In this document: in pieces, positions 34,411-47,107 of the stretch
Numbering within the stretch: the first letter of the stretch is position 1
How the letters are laid out: each line of letters starts with the position of its first letter
Assembly (NCBI RefSeq): GCF_964204645.1
Contig: NC_134031.1
Span: forward strand, 12,526,088 to 12,590,087
Reading direction: 5' to 3'
Source: Tubulanus polymorphus
Taxonomy: Eukaryota > Animalia > Nemertea
DNA length: 64,000 nt
Notes under the pieces: model-generated
Database searches by the model: none
What the model was told of the DNA's origin: nothing
What the model saw: the letters and a program-made list of their open reading frames with translations, nothing else
Program-made: the position numbers and the translations under genes

Positions 34411-34442
34411 AAGCAGAAAATAATGATTAATTTGATTGGATG

Positions 34443-34635
34443 TGTAACGAGGTCCTATTCTGCTGTTCCACAGTAGAAGTTTCCTCCAAATATCGACTCT
34501 GAGAGCCCAAAAACCAGTAAAAAGGCGGACAAAAGATATTAACACAATCACCTATTGTTCTTTATTTTCGAGAGAGAGAGGGCAGCACCCTCCAGTTACA
34601 ACATAGAAAACGACTGATGGACATATTCCATCACA
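34443..34635 (-). repeat. 3' LTR
   Basis: Minus strand TGTGATGG...CGTTACA, preceded by polypurine tract GAAGGGGGGTGG (~34636-34647). Confidence 0.88.
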
Positions 34636-35155
34636 CCACCCCCCTTCAACTTGTTCAAACTCCTATTTGAACAGGAATATATACCGGTAGTCAAAATATC
34701 TACACAAATTTAATTATAGTCCTTATAATAGTATATTAAGCTCCAAACTTCTCGGCTCTGGATACAGTAGACATCTAACACGGCGTAGTCGTTGTTTCGC
34801 ATTAGGGTTGCATCTCAGTGATGATAATACATGCAGCTTTCGATCTCCACTAATGGTTTGTGGTTTGTTTTCGGGGCGCACCTAAGCGTAGTGTCTAACC
34901 AAAAATATCGATACCATCAAGAGGTAGATACGGCCAATGGACACTGCACTTGGCTTGCCCCTCTGCCACTGTTCCTCGTCCTGGGAAGCTGAAAAATACA
35001 ATCAGAAGAAAACGGAAAGAAACTGTTCGCAATGGGGTGTGCTACATCTGGGGGTCACGTGTGGTAGTATTTGGACTGAATGGCTTTTTGTCACTAACAT
35101 TACAACGAATAAGCGACTCCAGGTGAACCATCGTTAGGTACCGAAGGAAACACAT

Positions 35156-35989
35156 TCAGACGCGATCTACCACACGCATTATTTCCCGACAGACATAGTG
35201 CATGGCCGACTTTTTGTAGTGGATCCCCACAAAATCAGAATCCGGGATATCTGGATGGTCGGCCTGTTGGAACCCGGCACGGAGGGCGAAGACGTTAACC
35301 CGGTTGATGTTGTTTACCCGATTGTGGTCACCACGCCAGCAAGGAGGGACAGGGGTCTGTAGGTGGAAAAGGGGAACAGAAGGGTGCTTGCCCTTGAGTA
35401 GCGCCAAAACTTCCGCCAACTCCTCTGTCGTCCTGCCATAATCGCCGGCATGGTTCATACCATGCGTGACCACAATCGCTCTTGCCCTAAAGGATACATG
35501 TGGGAGGTACTCCAACAAATCACCGAGTCGTTCACCAGGGTGGCAAATTGGAATCAAACCGCCGCTGGCCTTTCGCCCCGTAAACATCGAGTCTCCCAGC
35601 AACACGATTGGTAAGTCCTCAACTGCCCTCTGTTTCAAGTCTCCAAGTTTCGACCAGATGTGCGAGGAGTCACCACCACATTCGGCCAGGGCGTTCACTA
35701 GTTCCTGGCTGATGTACTCAAATGCAGCTGTGCTCATCTTCGGCCGAAAACGTCGGGTCTTTGTCGTCTTGAGACCGGTTACTACCGCACCGGTTACTAT
35801 GCGACCAGGATCCTCCACAAACGACTGTTCTACGGCAGAGTTATAAAGTCTGCCCATCTTGGCTCTCAATTCGCTGAGGGTCTTGTCCTGTCTGTGAAGA
35901 GTGGAACAGACTTCTTTCGAGACCTGCCGTTTAAGGGTCTGTGTCTCCTCGTGGAGGCTAGATAACTGGTCTAACTCGATACAGTCCAT
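35156..35989 (-). CDS. Extra ORF in env position: coiled coil plus SGNH/GDSL hydrolase-like domain
   Basis: Block I IVLLGDSM, block II HPG, block III VTHGMNH, block V DFVGIHY; intact 277 aa, same strand as pol. Confidence 0.78.
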   Translation of the reverse strand: MDCIELDQLSSLHEETQTLKRQVSKEVCSTLHRQDKTLSELRAKMGRLYNSAVEQSFVEDPGRIVTGAVVTGLKTTKTRRFRPKMSTAAFEYISQELVNALAECGGDSSHIWSKLGDLKQRAVEDLPIVLLGDSMFTGRKASGGLIPICHPGERLGDLLEYLPHVSFRARAIVVTHGMNHAGDYGRTTEELAEVLALLKGKHPSVPLFHLQTPVPPCWRGDHNRVNNINRVNVFALRAGFQQADHPDIPDSDFVGIHYKKSAMHYVCREIMRVVDRV

Positions 35990-36237
35990 GCTAGAAACAA
36001 TAAATAGTTCAAAACATGAGTTGGCTGCAACGACAAGACTAAATGGCGGAGATTCCGTTCATTCAGATACCACCCGAATCATGCAAGGTGGGTGGTCCCA
36101 AGCATACCATCAGGAGGTGCAAGGAGTCCGAAATCCTAGTCACCACCAGTTACAAATGATAATAAACTGTCTACTAAAACTAAGTAAATATATATACAGG
36201 GTTATATACAAGGGTACTAAATATATATATATAGGAT

Positions 36238-39200
36238 TTAACCCTTTGATTTAAGGTACCGGCCCATTTCTAACCAGTAGCCTTTCCTCATGTTTATCCG
36301 GGACCAAACTTCGCGACATTTCTGGCAATTTTGGATCAGTTCTATATCAAAAATGTTGTTCTGCTCAATCTTGTCCGAGGCGACTGGAGGTCCTATAAGT
36401 GTGTTTGGATCCACCAAAGGGTCTGAGGCCCTATTTTGGTTGGCTAGCGAATCATCGTTGTTGACTGTACATGAGTTTACGAATCGACTAGGGCGCCTGA
36501 TCCCTACTCTGGGCCTGAGTCTTCTGTGCCCCTCAGTGTCTGTAATGTTCAAAGGCCCAGGCTTGGAGCGGTTTTGAGTAGGAGGCTCGCGATTGTTTTG
36601 GGTAGGGTTTGTTACAAGAGGTTCTTGAATAACCGCCGTTGTCTCGGGGTGTGACCGTGTCCAGACACAGTCTTCATCTTCCTCCCCCTCGTCGTCATTG
36701 AGGGTTGGTTGCTCCTCGGGATCGGTCGTTTTAACCGGTTCCTGTCTAGGTTTTTTATGACCTATGGTCACGGTCTCACTAGACAGGAAGCACGGTTTCA
36801 TATCATTGAAGTGTACAACCCGCTTTCTCTTCACCGCCCTCGGATCGGCGCCTGGTTCCAGGACAACCCTGTAATTCACCTCCGATAGTCTCTCGGTCAC
36901 GACGTAAGGCCCTTTCCATTTCCGGTGGAACTTAGATGCCTCGTCCTTTTTCAAGAAATGGCTCATCAGCCACTCGCGATCCCCGACCTTGTAACCCCCG
37001 CGTTTTGCGAAACGGTCATAGTCCATTTTCTGACGCCTTTGTGCCATCACTAGTCGATCACGAACAATGTTGTGTGACTTAGTGAGGCGGTCAGAGAGGT
37101 CCATGCCATACTTAGTCCTTGGTTGGTGGTCCTCGGGCAAGCCTACGCTGATGTCGATCGGTAGTGACATTTCCTCGGCGTACATCAAGTAGAACGGCGT
37201 TTCAAGAGTGGAGTGCTGGACGCTTGAACGAAATGCCATCAAACACGCAGTTAGTTCCTCGTCCCAGTTTGTTCCACACTCATCGACGGCTGTAGTCAGC
37301 ATGGCCTTCAGGGACTTATTGAAATTTTCCACCTGCCCATTGCCCATAGGATGGTAGGCAGTGGTTCTGGTCTTTTCAATAGCCAAGATCCTACACATCT
37401 CCATGAAAACCTTCGACTCGAAGTTCGCGCCTTTGTCCGAGTGGATGGATTCAGGGCAGCCATAACGGGTGACCCACTCGTTCACAAGGGCACGTGCCAC
37501 CACGGAGGCCTTTTCCGTGCGGATTGGCCATGCTTCGGGCCACTTAGAGAATGCATCTTGAGCCACTAGAATGTAGACGTTGCCGCGGCGGGTTCTCGGT
37601 AATGGGCCCACGATGTCTATATGTACACGCTGGAAGCGTCGCCCTACCGGTGTAGACACCATTGGGGCTTTTGGACGGGGACTTGCACTCTTGGCAAGTT
37701 TTGCAGCCCCGAACAAAATCCCTGACCCTAGCTGAGAGGCCTAATACCCAGAATCTTTCCCTAATTTTGCACTCTGTCTTTTTGGTACCGAGATGTTTCC
37801 CCGCAAATCCCTGATGTATGACTCCTATGGTTCCATCAGTCAGTGAAATGGGTAGTACCACTCGGTGTCTCGTTGAGGTAGCCCCCGGAAGTGGTTTAAG
37901 CGCAAGAATGCCATCTAAAAGCTCTAGACGCTCAACCAGACTATAGAGGCTCCTCGCTGTTCTACCACACCGTTGTAGCCGTTTCTTGTCCTTGACCCCA
38001 TCTCCGGCCAAGAACTCCCTAATTTCTGATATTTCGGGATCATTTACTTGCGCCTCAATTATTTTGTTCCTGGACAAGCCAGTGGAGTGCGCTGTCAAAT
38101 CGCCCTGATGTTTTGCAGTCACGTGGTATATAGATGGACCAGTGTCACCACAAGTTGGGCAGTCCCCATGTTTCCTCTGTCTCTTAGGGATGCGAGACAG
38201 GGCGTCTGCGTTCAAATGTTTGCTTCCAGCTCGATGTTCGATCACGAAATCATATTCCGACAGGCGTTCAAGCCACCGAGCCACTTGGCCCTCAGGGTTT
38301 TTGAAGGTTTGTAGCCACTTGAGTGCTGCGTGGTCTGTGCGAACTTTGAATTTCCTGCCTAGTAAATGGTGGCGGAAGTGATGAATCATGTCAAGCAAGG
38401 CCAACATTTCGCGCCTGGTGGCACAATAGTTCTCCTCTCCACCTTTCAGCGTGCGGCTACTGTACTCGATCACTCTCTCAGAACCATCGTGTTGTAGTTG
38501 TGACAGCACCCCTCCGATAGCCCAGTTAGAGGCGTCACAGTCCAAAATGAACTCTCCAGCACCCTCCGAGAAATCTGGGAATGCCAGGATAGGGGAGCTG
38601 GTCAGCTTTTCTTTCAGTCCGTCAAACGCTAGTTGTTGTTTGAATGTCCAGACGAATGGTTCATTTTTCCTCGTAAGGCGGTGTAGCGGGGCTGTCAAGT
38701 CGGCGAAATCCTTGGTGAATTGCGAGTAATATGTCACAAGACCAAGGAAACTACGCAGTTCGGTAACTGACGTTGGGGTCGGCCAATCCCTGACTCTATC
38801 GCATTTGGCACCGTCGGTTTCGACACCGGCCTCGCTTACTACATGCCCCAAAAACTTGAGGCGCCGCTGGAAAAGCGAGCACTTCCTCGGTTTTAGCTTG
38901 AGACCGGCTTTCTGAAAGCAACGAAATACCTCTTGTAATCGCGTCAGATGGGTTGGTAGATCATGACTAAACACCACTACATCATCCAGGTAGATAAGGC
39001 ATGTTTTCCATGCAACATCATCCAGTACCATTGCCATCAGTCTGCTGAATGACGCCGGGGCATTACAGACTCCAAACGGCATGACATTCCACTCAAATAG
39101 ATGGTTTTCAGTCGTGAATGCGGTCTTATGTTTGTCTGATTCCTTTATTGGGACCTGCCAGTATCCGCTGGTTAAATCGAGGGACGAGAACCAGGTTGCG

Positions 39201-40880
39201 CCCGATAAAGCCTCTAGGGTACTGTCTATTCGACCTAATGGGTGAGCGTCTTTGACTGTTGCGTCATTGAGTCGGCGGTAATCGCAGCATAGACGCAGGG
39301 AACCATCGGCCTTTTTCGCTAGAACTATTTGGCTTGACCACGGGCTGGTGGATGGCCGGATCAAGTCGTGTTCTAAAAGCTCCTTGGTCGTCCCCTCAAC
39401 AAAAGCTCTCCTACCGGGGGGTAGCCGACGGGGATGTTGTTTTATCGGTGGGTGGTACCGGTGTCAATCTCGAATTCAAGCGAATCTGTTCGACCAATGT
39501 CAAAGTCTCCCATCGAGAATACTGACTTGTGCTCCCGTATGATGTCAACAAGCTGTGTTTTCATGTCAGTGGGGATTTCAAGCTGGTCGATTTTCAATTC
39601 TCTCAAGAGGTCCATGAATTCAGTATTGTCACCACCCTGCAGCTGGATTTTTGGAGTTGACGGGTTTTGAGCATGGTCGTCGACAGTCATGATGTCAACT
39701 GACTGTAGGGGGCAGAATAGAGCAATAGTCTGGCCCCTGTCGACTCTACAAGCCTCATCCGAGAAGTTAGCCAGCCGAACCGGTATCTTGTTTGCCTCCG
39801 GTACCACCAGTGTTTTCCCAGTGCAAAAATTATTCCGTCCACAGCTGCTGATCATCCCTGAGGTCGAATTATTATGAGCATAACTCCGTTTCATGTATCC
39901 ATTTACCACCACCTCGGATCCAGCTGGAATGATTTGGCTCTTACTGATGAACACCCTGCAAGCGCTCGCGCGTTTGGGGCTCTGGCGGACAGGCACCTCG
40001 CTGAGGCTTCCGAAGCGGAGCACTTTGTTACGGTAATCTATGTTGCAGCCATATTTCTCGAAGAAATCACTTCCAAGCAAGCAGTCTTGTGCCAAATCCT
40101 CGCTGACGATCATGGGGACATGAAATTCTTCAGTTCCAACTCTCAGACATACATCAGCTAATCCACGTAACTCCATTGGCTGACCGGTAGCCGTTGTCAC
40201 GATTCCTTCGATTGGCCTCAGTGCAGCGGCTTCACCAGTCGGGCTACTAGAGTCCCATACCGAACCTCTAATGATTGTGCAGGAGGCACCAGTGTCCAGG
40301 AGTACCACCGCTTTCGAATGGTCATTTACTACGGCATCACAGAAAAGGCCCGAGGCGTGGAGCCTCACTGTTCCGATGTTTGTAACTAAGCTCGTCTGGG
40401 CTGGTTCTGTCCCTGTTGTTTGAACCTTGGTGTCGCGCAACTTGTGACAAGTGTTTTCCGTAGCCGGACTGGGAGCCTCACTGTTCTCCGAAGGGTCACG
40501 TCGATTTTCTTCTATACTTTGGGTATGTTGTGGTGGTCTAACTGTGATGGTTCTAGTAGGATGCGGACCATCAGTAGGTGTATCTCCACTAGAATCACAT
40601 GCCGGGCCAGCAACCACATATCCATCTTGAGGTGTCGTTTGAATATGGTTTGATGGTCTCAATATCATTTGAATATGGTTTGATGGTCTCACGGTGGTGG
40701 GGCTAGTATGATGGTAACCAATAGGTGCATCTTTACTTGCATCGCACGTTAGACCATTTGCCATATTCATCCGATTTTTCCTACGTCTTGCGGGGGGTAT
40801 ATACAGCGGTACAGGGGGGACTATTTCCTGATGGGGTTTCCACTGCCCCCCTGAAAACCCCGCTTCTCGTTTCCCTGGTT
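36238..40880 (-). pseudogene. pol: Gypsy pol (PR-RT-RNase H-IN), split by about three small frameshifts
   Basis: LLDTGAS; CCDYRRLN, LDLTSGYWQ, MPFG, YLDD; DAS...TDH; H..HLG...C..C, HIDIVGP, HSDKG.NF, GQVENFN, GPY. Shifts near 39455-39415 and ~37680. Confidence 0.93.
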
Positions 40881-41939
40881 TCCCTTAGGTAGGTGGCAGT
40901 TACTTGAATAGTGACCACTCCCCCCGCAATTATAGCATTTAACTTGTGGGCACAAGTTTTTGGGGTGGTCTGCATCCCTGCAACGCCAACATTTGTCATC
41001 GGCGGGCGGTCGACGATTGCCATTACCAGAGACAACTGCTTCCAAATGGCCTACTCGAGTCATCAGCGTTCCCATCATCGATTTCAATTCGTCGAGTTGT
41101 TTGGTTATGGCTGAGCTAGTCGAGTCGAGCTGGGTCTGGTTAACGGATACTTTTTGTTTATGAGTCGTGCCCTCAGTCAACCGTCTCGCTGTTTCCAGAG
41201 TCCGTGCTTGAGCAACTGCTGCAGCCAACGAACTTGGCTGGGCCGCATACATTGACTGCTTTGCTGAGACGGGTAATCTATTACCTTTAAGGAATTGGTC
41301 TTTGGCCAATTCATCCTGCAGCTCGAAGGCAATGCCAGGGTACGCGTTCCTTGCCAGTTCTGCTAACTCGTCGGCATAGCGTTCCACAGATTCAGTTGTC
41401 TTTTGGTCCCTCCCTTTCAACAACATCTTAAAGTCATCCACAGTCTTTGTTTGTTGGAAACGGGATGATAGCCGCCGACAGAAATCATCATACGACAGGC
41501 TCGAGTCGAGACGTAGGTTCGAGACAGCCTGGTATGCCTCATGGTCAAGTCGCATCATCAGGTGTGATTTACGCTGTTCGCCCCCGTTGATGCGAGAACT
41601 AATCTGAGCCAGGTCAGCGAACGCGTCAAACCTTTCGAGCCAAACGCGGAAATTGTGTCCCATGGTATAGGGCTTGGGTGCCGGAATATTGTGCATTTTC
41701 GGGGTGGGTGCATCTCTCGTCACGACCCTCTCCATCAATTCAGTCAGTCGCTGGAGGATGGAATCCTCAGATGTTTTCAAATTTTCGGCTTTTGTCTTTG
41801 TTGGACGGCCACGTTTTGGTTTTAACGAGAGGTTACCCTCCCCACTAACCAGGAGGTCATGATGTGCAGCTCCGGCCGTTGGTGACATAGGCCTAGATAA
41901 GGCCAAGGGCTCACACACATCATTCTCAACATCCGACAT
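40821..41939 (-). CDS. gag: Gypsy Gag with two CCHC zinc knuckles
   Basis: CWRCRDADHPKNLC and CYNCGGSGHYSSNC; Q...ESVERYA.EL..LA major-homology-like region. Confidence 0.92.
   Translation of the reverse strand: MSDVENDVCEPLALSRPMSPTAGAAHHDLLVSGEGNLSLKPKRGRPTKTKAENLKTSEDSILQRLTELMERVVTRDAPTPKMHNIPAPKPYTMGHNFRVWLERFDAFADLAQISSRINGGEQRKSHLMMRLDHEAYQAVSNLRLDSSLSYDDFCRRLSSRFQQTKTVDDFKMLLKGRDQKTTESVERYADELAELARNAYPGIAFELQDELAKDQFLKGNRLPVSAKQSMYAAQPSSLAAAVAQARTLETARRLTEGTTHKQKVSVNQTQLDSTSSAITKQLDELKSMMGTLMTRVGHLEAVVSGNGNRRPPADDKCWRCRDADHPKNLCPQVKCYNCGGSGHYSSNCHLPKGNQGNEKRGFQGGSGNPIRK
40833..40885 (-). promoter_or_regulatory. -1 ribosomal frameshift signal (gag-pol)
   Basis: G GGA AAC slippery heptamer (twice) in the gag frame, followed by stem GGGGTTTTC...GAAACCCC; the -1 frame is open into the protease ORF. 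Confidence 0.75.
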
Positions 41940-42160
41940 AATTACTATTCTTTTATATAAATGACACAGAAAATACAGGACCGCAAATAAATGTAGGGGA
42001 AACAGGCACTTAAATAATACTAAATATGTACTAGGAATTACGAAGTAGGTAAAAAAAATACGTTAAGTACACACAAAAAGTAACCGTAATTTACACAGAC
42101 TAAACGGAGAAAAACGTGTTCACCGCTTCAACTCAATTTCAACTGGTTTTTTCACTATCA

Positions 42161-42181
42161 AATCCCACTACGCTGCCACCA
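42161..42181 (-). promoter_or_regulatory. Primer-binding site, tRNA-Leu type
   Basis: TGGTGGCAGCG(TA)GTGGGATT, 2 nt inside the 5' LTR. Confidence 0.8.
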
Positions 42182-42183
42182 GA

Positions 42184-42367
42184 TGTAACGAGGTCCTATT
42201 CTGCCTGTTCCACAGTAGAAGTTTCCTCCAAATATCGACTCTGAGAGCCCAAAAACCAGTAAAAAGGCGGACAAAAGATATTAACACAATCACCTATTGT
42301 TCTGTATTTTCGAGAGAGAGAGGGCAGCACCCTCCAGTTACAACATAGAAAACGACTGATGGACATA
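42184..42367 (-). repeat. 5' LTR, lacking its first ~10 nt
   Basis: Matches 34443-34625 with about 2 differences; no TSD visible. Confidence 0.88.
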
Positions 42368-42860
42368 AGCATAACAATTAAACAACTATTGATGATGCGG
42401 TAAAAAGGGTGAAGAATAAGTATAAAAATAATAAAGAATTTGAAGAAGAAAATTCGGTAGAGAATTTGAAAAAATTGATGGGGTATGATAGTGAAAGTGA
42501 TTAAAATATTAATTATATTTAACTCAAATAATAATATTAGTTGAAAATTGTATAAAATAATAGTAAATAAAAAAGGGGGTTTTAAGTATTTAAGGTATCT
42601 AATACATATCTAATACATATTATTTGAAAATACCTTAAATTATATTTCTTTTTTAAATTTATATTGAAACCTCAGTAATAATAAATAACCTTTATTATTT
42701 TCAAAATTATTCATATATTAGTTGAAAAAATAAAAATAAATTGGGTGAAAATTGTATAAATAATATTTATTTAAAAAGGGGGTTTTAGGTATTTAAGGTA
42801 TATGATATTAAAGATTCTATGAAACATAAAGCAGAAAATAATGATTAATTTGATTGGATG

Positions 42861-43052
42861 TGTAACGAGGTAACGAGGTCCTATTCTGCCTGTTCCACAG
42901 TAGAAGTTTCCTCCAAATATCGACTCTGAGGGCCCAAAAACCAGTAAAAAGGCGGACAAAAGATATTAACACAATCACCTATTGTTCTGTATTTTCGAGA
43001 GAGAGAGGGCAGCACCCTCCAGTTACAACATAGAAAACGACTGATGGACATA
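42861..43052 (-). repeat. Solo-LTR copy within a tandem duplication of both flanks (~42803-43492)
   Basis: Left flank matches 34385-34442 and right flank matches 42368-42800. Confidence 0.88.
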
Positions 43053-43594
43053 AGCATAACAATGAAACAACTATCGATGATGCGGTAAAAAGGGTGAAGA
43101 ATAAGTATAAAAATAATAAAGAATTTGAAGAAGAAAATTCGGTAGAGAATTTGAAATTGATGGGGTATGATAGTGAAAGTGATTAAAATATTAATTATAT
43201 TTAACTCAAATAATAATATTAGTTGAAAATTGTATAAAATGATAGTAAATAAAAAAGGGGGTTTAAAGTATTTAAGGTATTTAAGGTATTTAATACATAT
43301 CTAATACATATTATTTGAAAATACCTTAAATTGTATTTCTTTTTTAAATTTATATTGAAACCTCAGTAATAATAAATAACCTTTATTATTTTCAAAATTA
43401 TTCATATATTAGTTGAAAAAATAAAAATAAATTGGGTGAAAATTGTATAAATAATATTTATTTAAAAAAGGGGGTTTTAAGTATTTAAGGTATCTAATAG
43501 GGTATCTAATAGGGTATCAGGTATTAGGGTATCTAATAGGGTATCAGGTATTAGGGTATCTAATATGGTATCTAATACATAGGTATACAAATAG

Positions 43595-43977
43595 TTATTT
43601 TATAAATTTATATTCATAGGGAAATTGTAATCTCAGTAATAATTTTGAACCTTTATTATTCTTTAATTTATTCATATATTCATCATGTAATTCAGTAGGT
43701 ATAATTTGATTTTCTTCCAATGATTGTTGCATAGATTTTCTATCTTTGTTATAAAATAAAACTAGAAATCTTATATTCTCCCTAAAGTCTTTAACAATTG
43801 AATTATATTTTTGATTTAAAACCCATGTTGTTATCCCGAAATGTCTCCCAGAAAAAGCTAGGTAACATAACTCACTTTCTCTCACTTTTGAATCATGTAA
43901 ATTTGCACAATCATCTATAATGAATAATGTATTTGATCCTTTATAAGTATCAATTGCTATTTTTATACAATTATCTG
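43595..43977 (-). pseudogene. Packaging ATPase, 3' fragment (other inversion breakpoint)
   Basis: DNCIKIA...FIIDDCANLHDSK.RESELCYLAFSGRH...YEYKFIK, matching 890-1269. Confidence 0.9.
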
Positions 43978-45289
43978 AATTTTAAAATATTATATAAAAT
44001 ATTCATTTATTTTGTATTTTCTCGGATGTTTACAAAATATATATCATTATTTCTTCAGGTTGGTAGCTCTATATTAATGTAATATATTATCTGTGTATTA
44101 CTGGAACTTATTTAATTTGATAAGTCCATGCTTCATGGCTAAAGTTCACTTTGAAGTGGTGATCGGTTGTTCCAGGTCTAACTTGACATAGCTGGCCTAC
44201 TTTTCAGTTTGGTATTTATAACAGTGGTAGGTAATATTATTACGGTGATTTAATATGTGTATTGTAAAATGGGGAGTTGATAATCCGCAATATTATAATG
44301 TGTATCTGAAGAAATAAAGTGTGTTGTATGTTTCTCGGATGTTTACAAAATATATATAATTATTTCTTCAGTGGTTGTAACAGTGGAGAGATCTCGTCGT
44401 TGCTATCAGAGTCGTGTCACGTCCACGAACCCCGCTGGTGTGAAATACAGAAATCGATAGCCGTTTCTGACCACCAGGTCTGGTTTCCGTTTCGGGAATT
44501 AAATGTGTTCGATGTGGAATAAAACAGGCTATTATATATGTTATTCATTTATATGAATTTTATTAGAATAATTGTATATTTCTTGTTTCAAGTCAAAGGT
44601 TGAGATGCGCGGTTAACGTCGGAGTCCTCACCATCCTCTATCCAAACGGATTGAAATATAGACGTAGTTGATACATACGCCGACAGATGATCGGTGAGAT
44701 TACCCTCGCAACACCAACGGACCCTGTTTTGACGAACAAATCAAACATCCATATCGGTTCTCACCACTACCCACCACTGTAAGGCCTCAGCCTCGACTAG
44801 CATTACGATTACGGTTTTAATGCGTTGATACACACGCCATCTATCTGATTAGGCTATCACTACTATTCGCCTTAGACACAATCGTTAAGTCTCCCAATCA
44901 TCGGAATGACTGGTAGTATGGTACACTCATACACCGACGTCTGTTCATAATAAAAGAAATAACACAATGTGTACCTCACATTCTCAATATAATTTATTCA
45001 GTTTCTTTTTTACTGTGAATATTATTATTATTATTATATTGCTACACCCTCGTGATACTGGCTGTGTCGCCCAGCCTCCAACGGTCCAGCGGACCCAAAC
45101 ATTTAACTTATTCAGTTTTATTTCTGTGAATATTAAAGCTACATACCAATGTGTACATATTGCTACACCCTCGTGGAACTGGCTGTGTTGCCCAGCCTCT
45201 AACGGTCCAACGGACCCAAACACCCGAAATGTAAAACAATTAAGCGCACAGTTCCGCGAATTTTGAGTCCAACTGGAGAATGAGAAAGC

Positions 45290-45914
45290 CTGTCGATGAT
45301 CGGCGACGGCCCATGCTGACGATGTTGTATGACCAGGATTAACCCACGTCTTATCCAGAAAGAATATGATCCTCTCATCTTTACGGAACTGTCGAATATC
45401 CTTCAGATATTGATACCGCCATCGAATTATTTCCGTCTAATTCTTTCAATACTTTTGGAGCTTATTCCAGTAGCTTGAGCTGTCCTTTTGATAGTTTCTT
45501 CAACGGTTTTTGAGTTATTTCTCAAGTATTCAAACACATTTAAAACGATATTTCGCTCTTTTGATAATATTGGTGTTCCTCTCTTTCTCTTCGATTTTCC
45601 TGATGTTGATGGTGTTACACAGGGCAACATGTAGTACATGATTTAAACTGACTTGTGTAATAGTAAAGAACTGAGGGAATGAGGTGCAAGTTTTGTGAGT
45701 GTAGTTATTGTAGCAACTTAGTGATTGTGTATTGTAGTTGTCAGTGTGTTTGTAAAGTGATTAGTCAAGTGTGTGTGTGTGTGTGTGTGTCGTGTGTGTG
45801 CTGCTGCAGAGGGTCAGCGCAGCTGTGATGGATCATTTTCTATCATAACATTGCCCGATTCCCGTGGTTACTGCATGGTAACTGAGCACTCCACAGCATG
45901 ATGTCTGGCCACTG
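45290..45914 (-). mobile_element. IS630/Tc1/mariner-family transposon remnant
   Basis: KRGTPILSKERNIVLNVFEYL...TAQATGIS..SIERIR (HTH) joined by deletion to WRYQYLKDIRQFR...IFFLDKTWVNPGH; TA|CAGTGG-type end at 45914. Confidence 0.72.
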
Positions 45915-46084
45915 TATCCAAGAGTGCATATATAGGTTTCTGACTGACCAGAGCTTTCATAAGCAGTCTTCGAAAAGTTATAAAAATATTGTCATTCTAT
46001 TCATGCGGATGTGTTTTTTCATGTTTTTATTCTACGTGATGCGATGATACACCATCTTGCCTCAGTCTTATGAATTGAAAAAAA

Positions 46085-46262
46085 CATTCTAAAGGGCCTC
46101 AGAATAGTTCTAAAGAATAAACAATAGTTTTGAAAATTTTGAATTATCTTCGCGAGAAATACAAGAAATCAACGGTTGAAAAAGTAGATATTGAAACTGG
46201 AAAGGTGAAAAGTGAGCGATCAGTTCGTAATATACGGAAACAGATGAAAGACACTGGACGAT
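46085..46262 (+). pseudogene. Second degraded Tc1-like transposase N-terminal fragment
   Basis: SKE.TIVLKILNYLR...ETG..SERSVRNIRK resembles the 45427-45639 peptide. Confidence 0.45.
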
Positions 46263-47107
46263 TTTTACATTTTACTGATTGCCTCTACAGCTGTGTTGTA
46301 TGTTCTAAATCAAACAGATTCCAGGTCCATCAAAACACCCCGGACAACTTCAAAACAAACCTATGAAAACTATAAAAGTTATGCACTCTTGAATATTTCC
46401 AGAGTTGAAAATAATTCTAAGATATATCAGAAATGCAACAAGGTAGCAAAGCAAATCTGAATTCATTCGAAACGCTTTCTCTTGTTACCACTCTTTGCCG
46501 TGACTATAGCTACAGCCAGCTGATTTTGCTGACTCACTAAATCTTTGCACGAGGTCCAGCCACTTCAGCTGTCAGTACCAATTAAAATGTGTACATTTGA
46601 AATCCTTTGCCTAACAAATGCCACGGCAAACTGGGCTGAGACACAATGGATGGCTTCAAATGGTCCTTCTCTACTGAAATCAGTGTTGGTTTGGGTTTCA
46701 ACACACCGGGTAGGTGGTTTCTTTGTGATGTCAAAATGATGTCAAATGGATCTAATGAACCATCCTTACCTTTTATTCCCACACTTAGACCAGTCTAGTG
46801 AGCCTAGCCGTATATTGATGGGAATATTAGGAGACTTAACCAAAATAAATCTGACATGCTTAAGCTGTATAATGACAATTTATTCACATAAAATACATGA
46901 TGTAGAAATAATACAGAACCAAATGAAAAATGGTGCTAAATACAGACTTCCAATAAAACTAAATTTAAAATGTCAGGAACTTTCGAATCGACCATTATTC
47001 ACAGAAACTCGAAAATTGATGAAATGCTGATCTCAACAATTCCTCAAAAGACATCTTGGAAAAATCATTGACGTTGCGCTTTTTTTCATCCTCCATCTTA
47101 ATGTTAA

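Larger units (their letters stand above)
34443..42367 (-). mobile_element. Ty3/Gypsy LTR retrotransposon, near full length
   Basis: Two near-identical ~185-bp LTRs; PBS and PPT; gag-PR-RT-RH-IN order; sharp GC increase against the Maverick DNA. Confidence 0.96.
26653..43980. mobile_element. Maverick Mav4: left terminus and left arm, internal inversion 31164-43977, right arm missing
   Basis: Starts AGTAATAGGGG; 26833-27149 is homologous to the reverse complement of the Mav2 subterminal region; integrase-ATPase order as in Mav1; the two ATPase halves lie on opposite strands. Confidence 0.88.

Noticed and set aside
34375-42372. ATAAGCAT on both sides of the Gypsy element as a TSD
   Set aside because: The left copy is 60 bp from the LTR end and lies within continuous Maverick coding-like sequence; likely chance.
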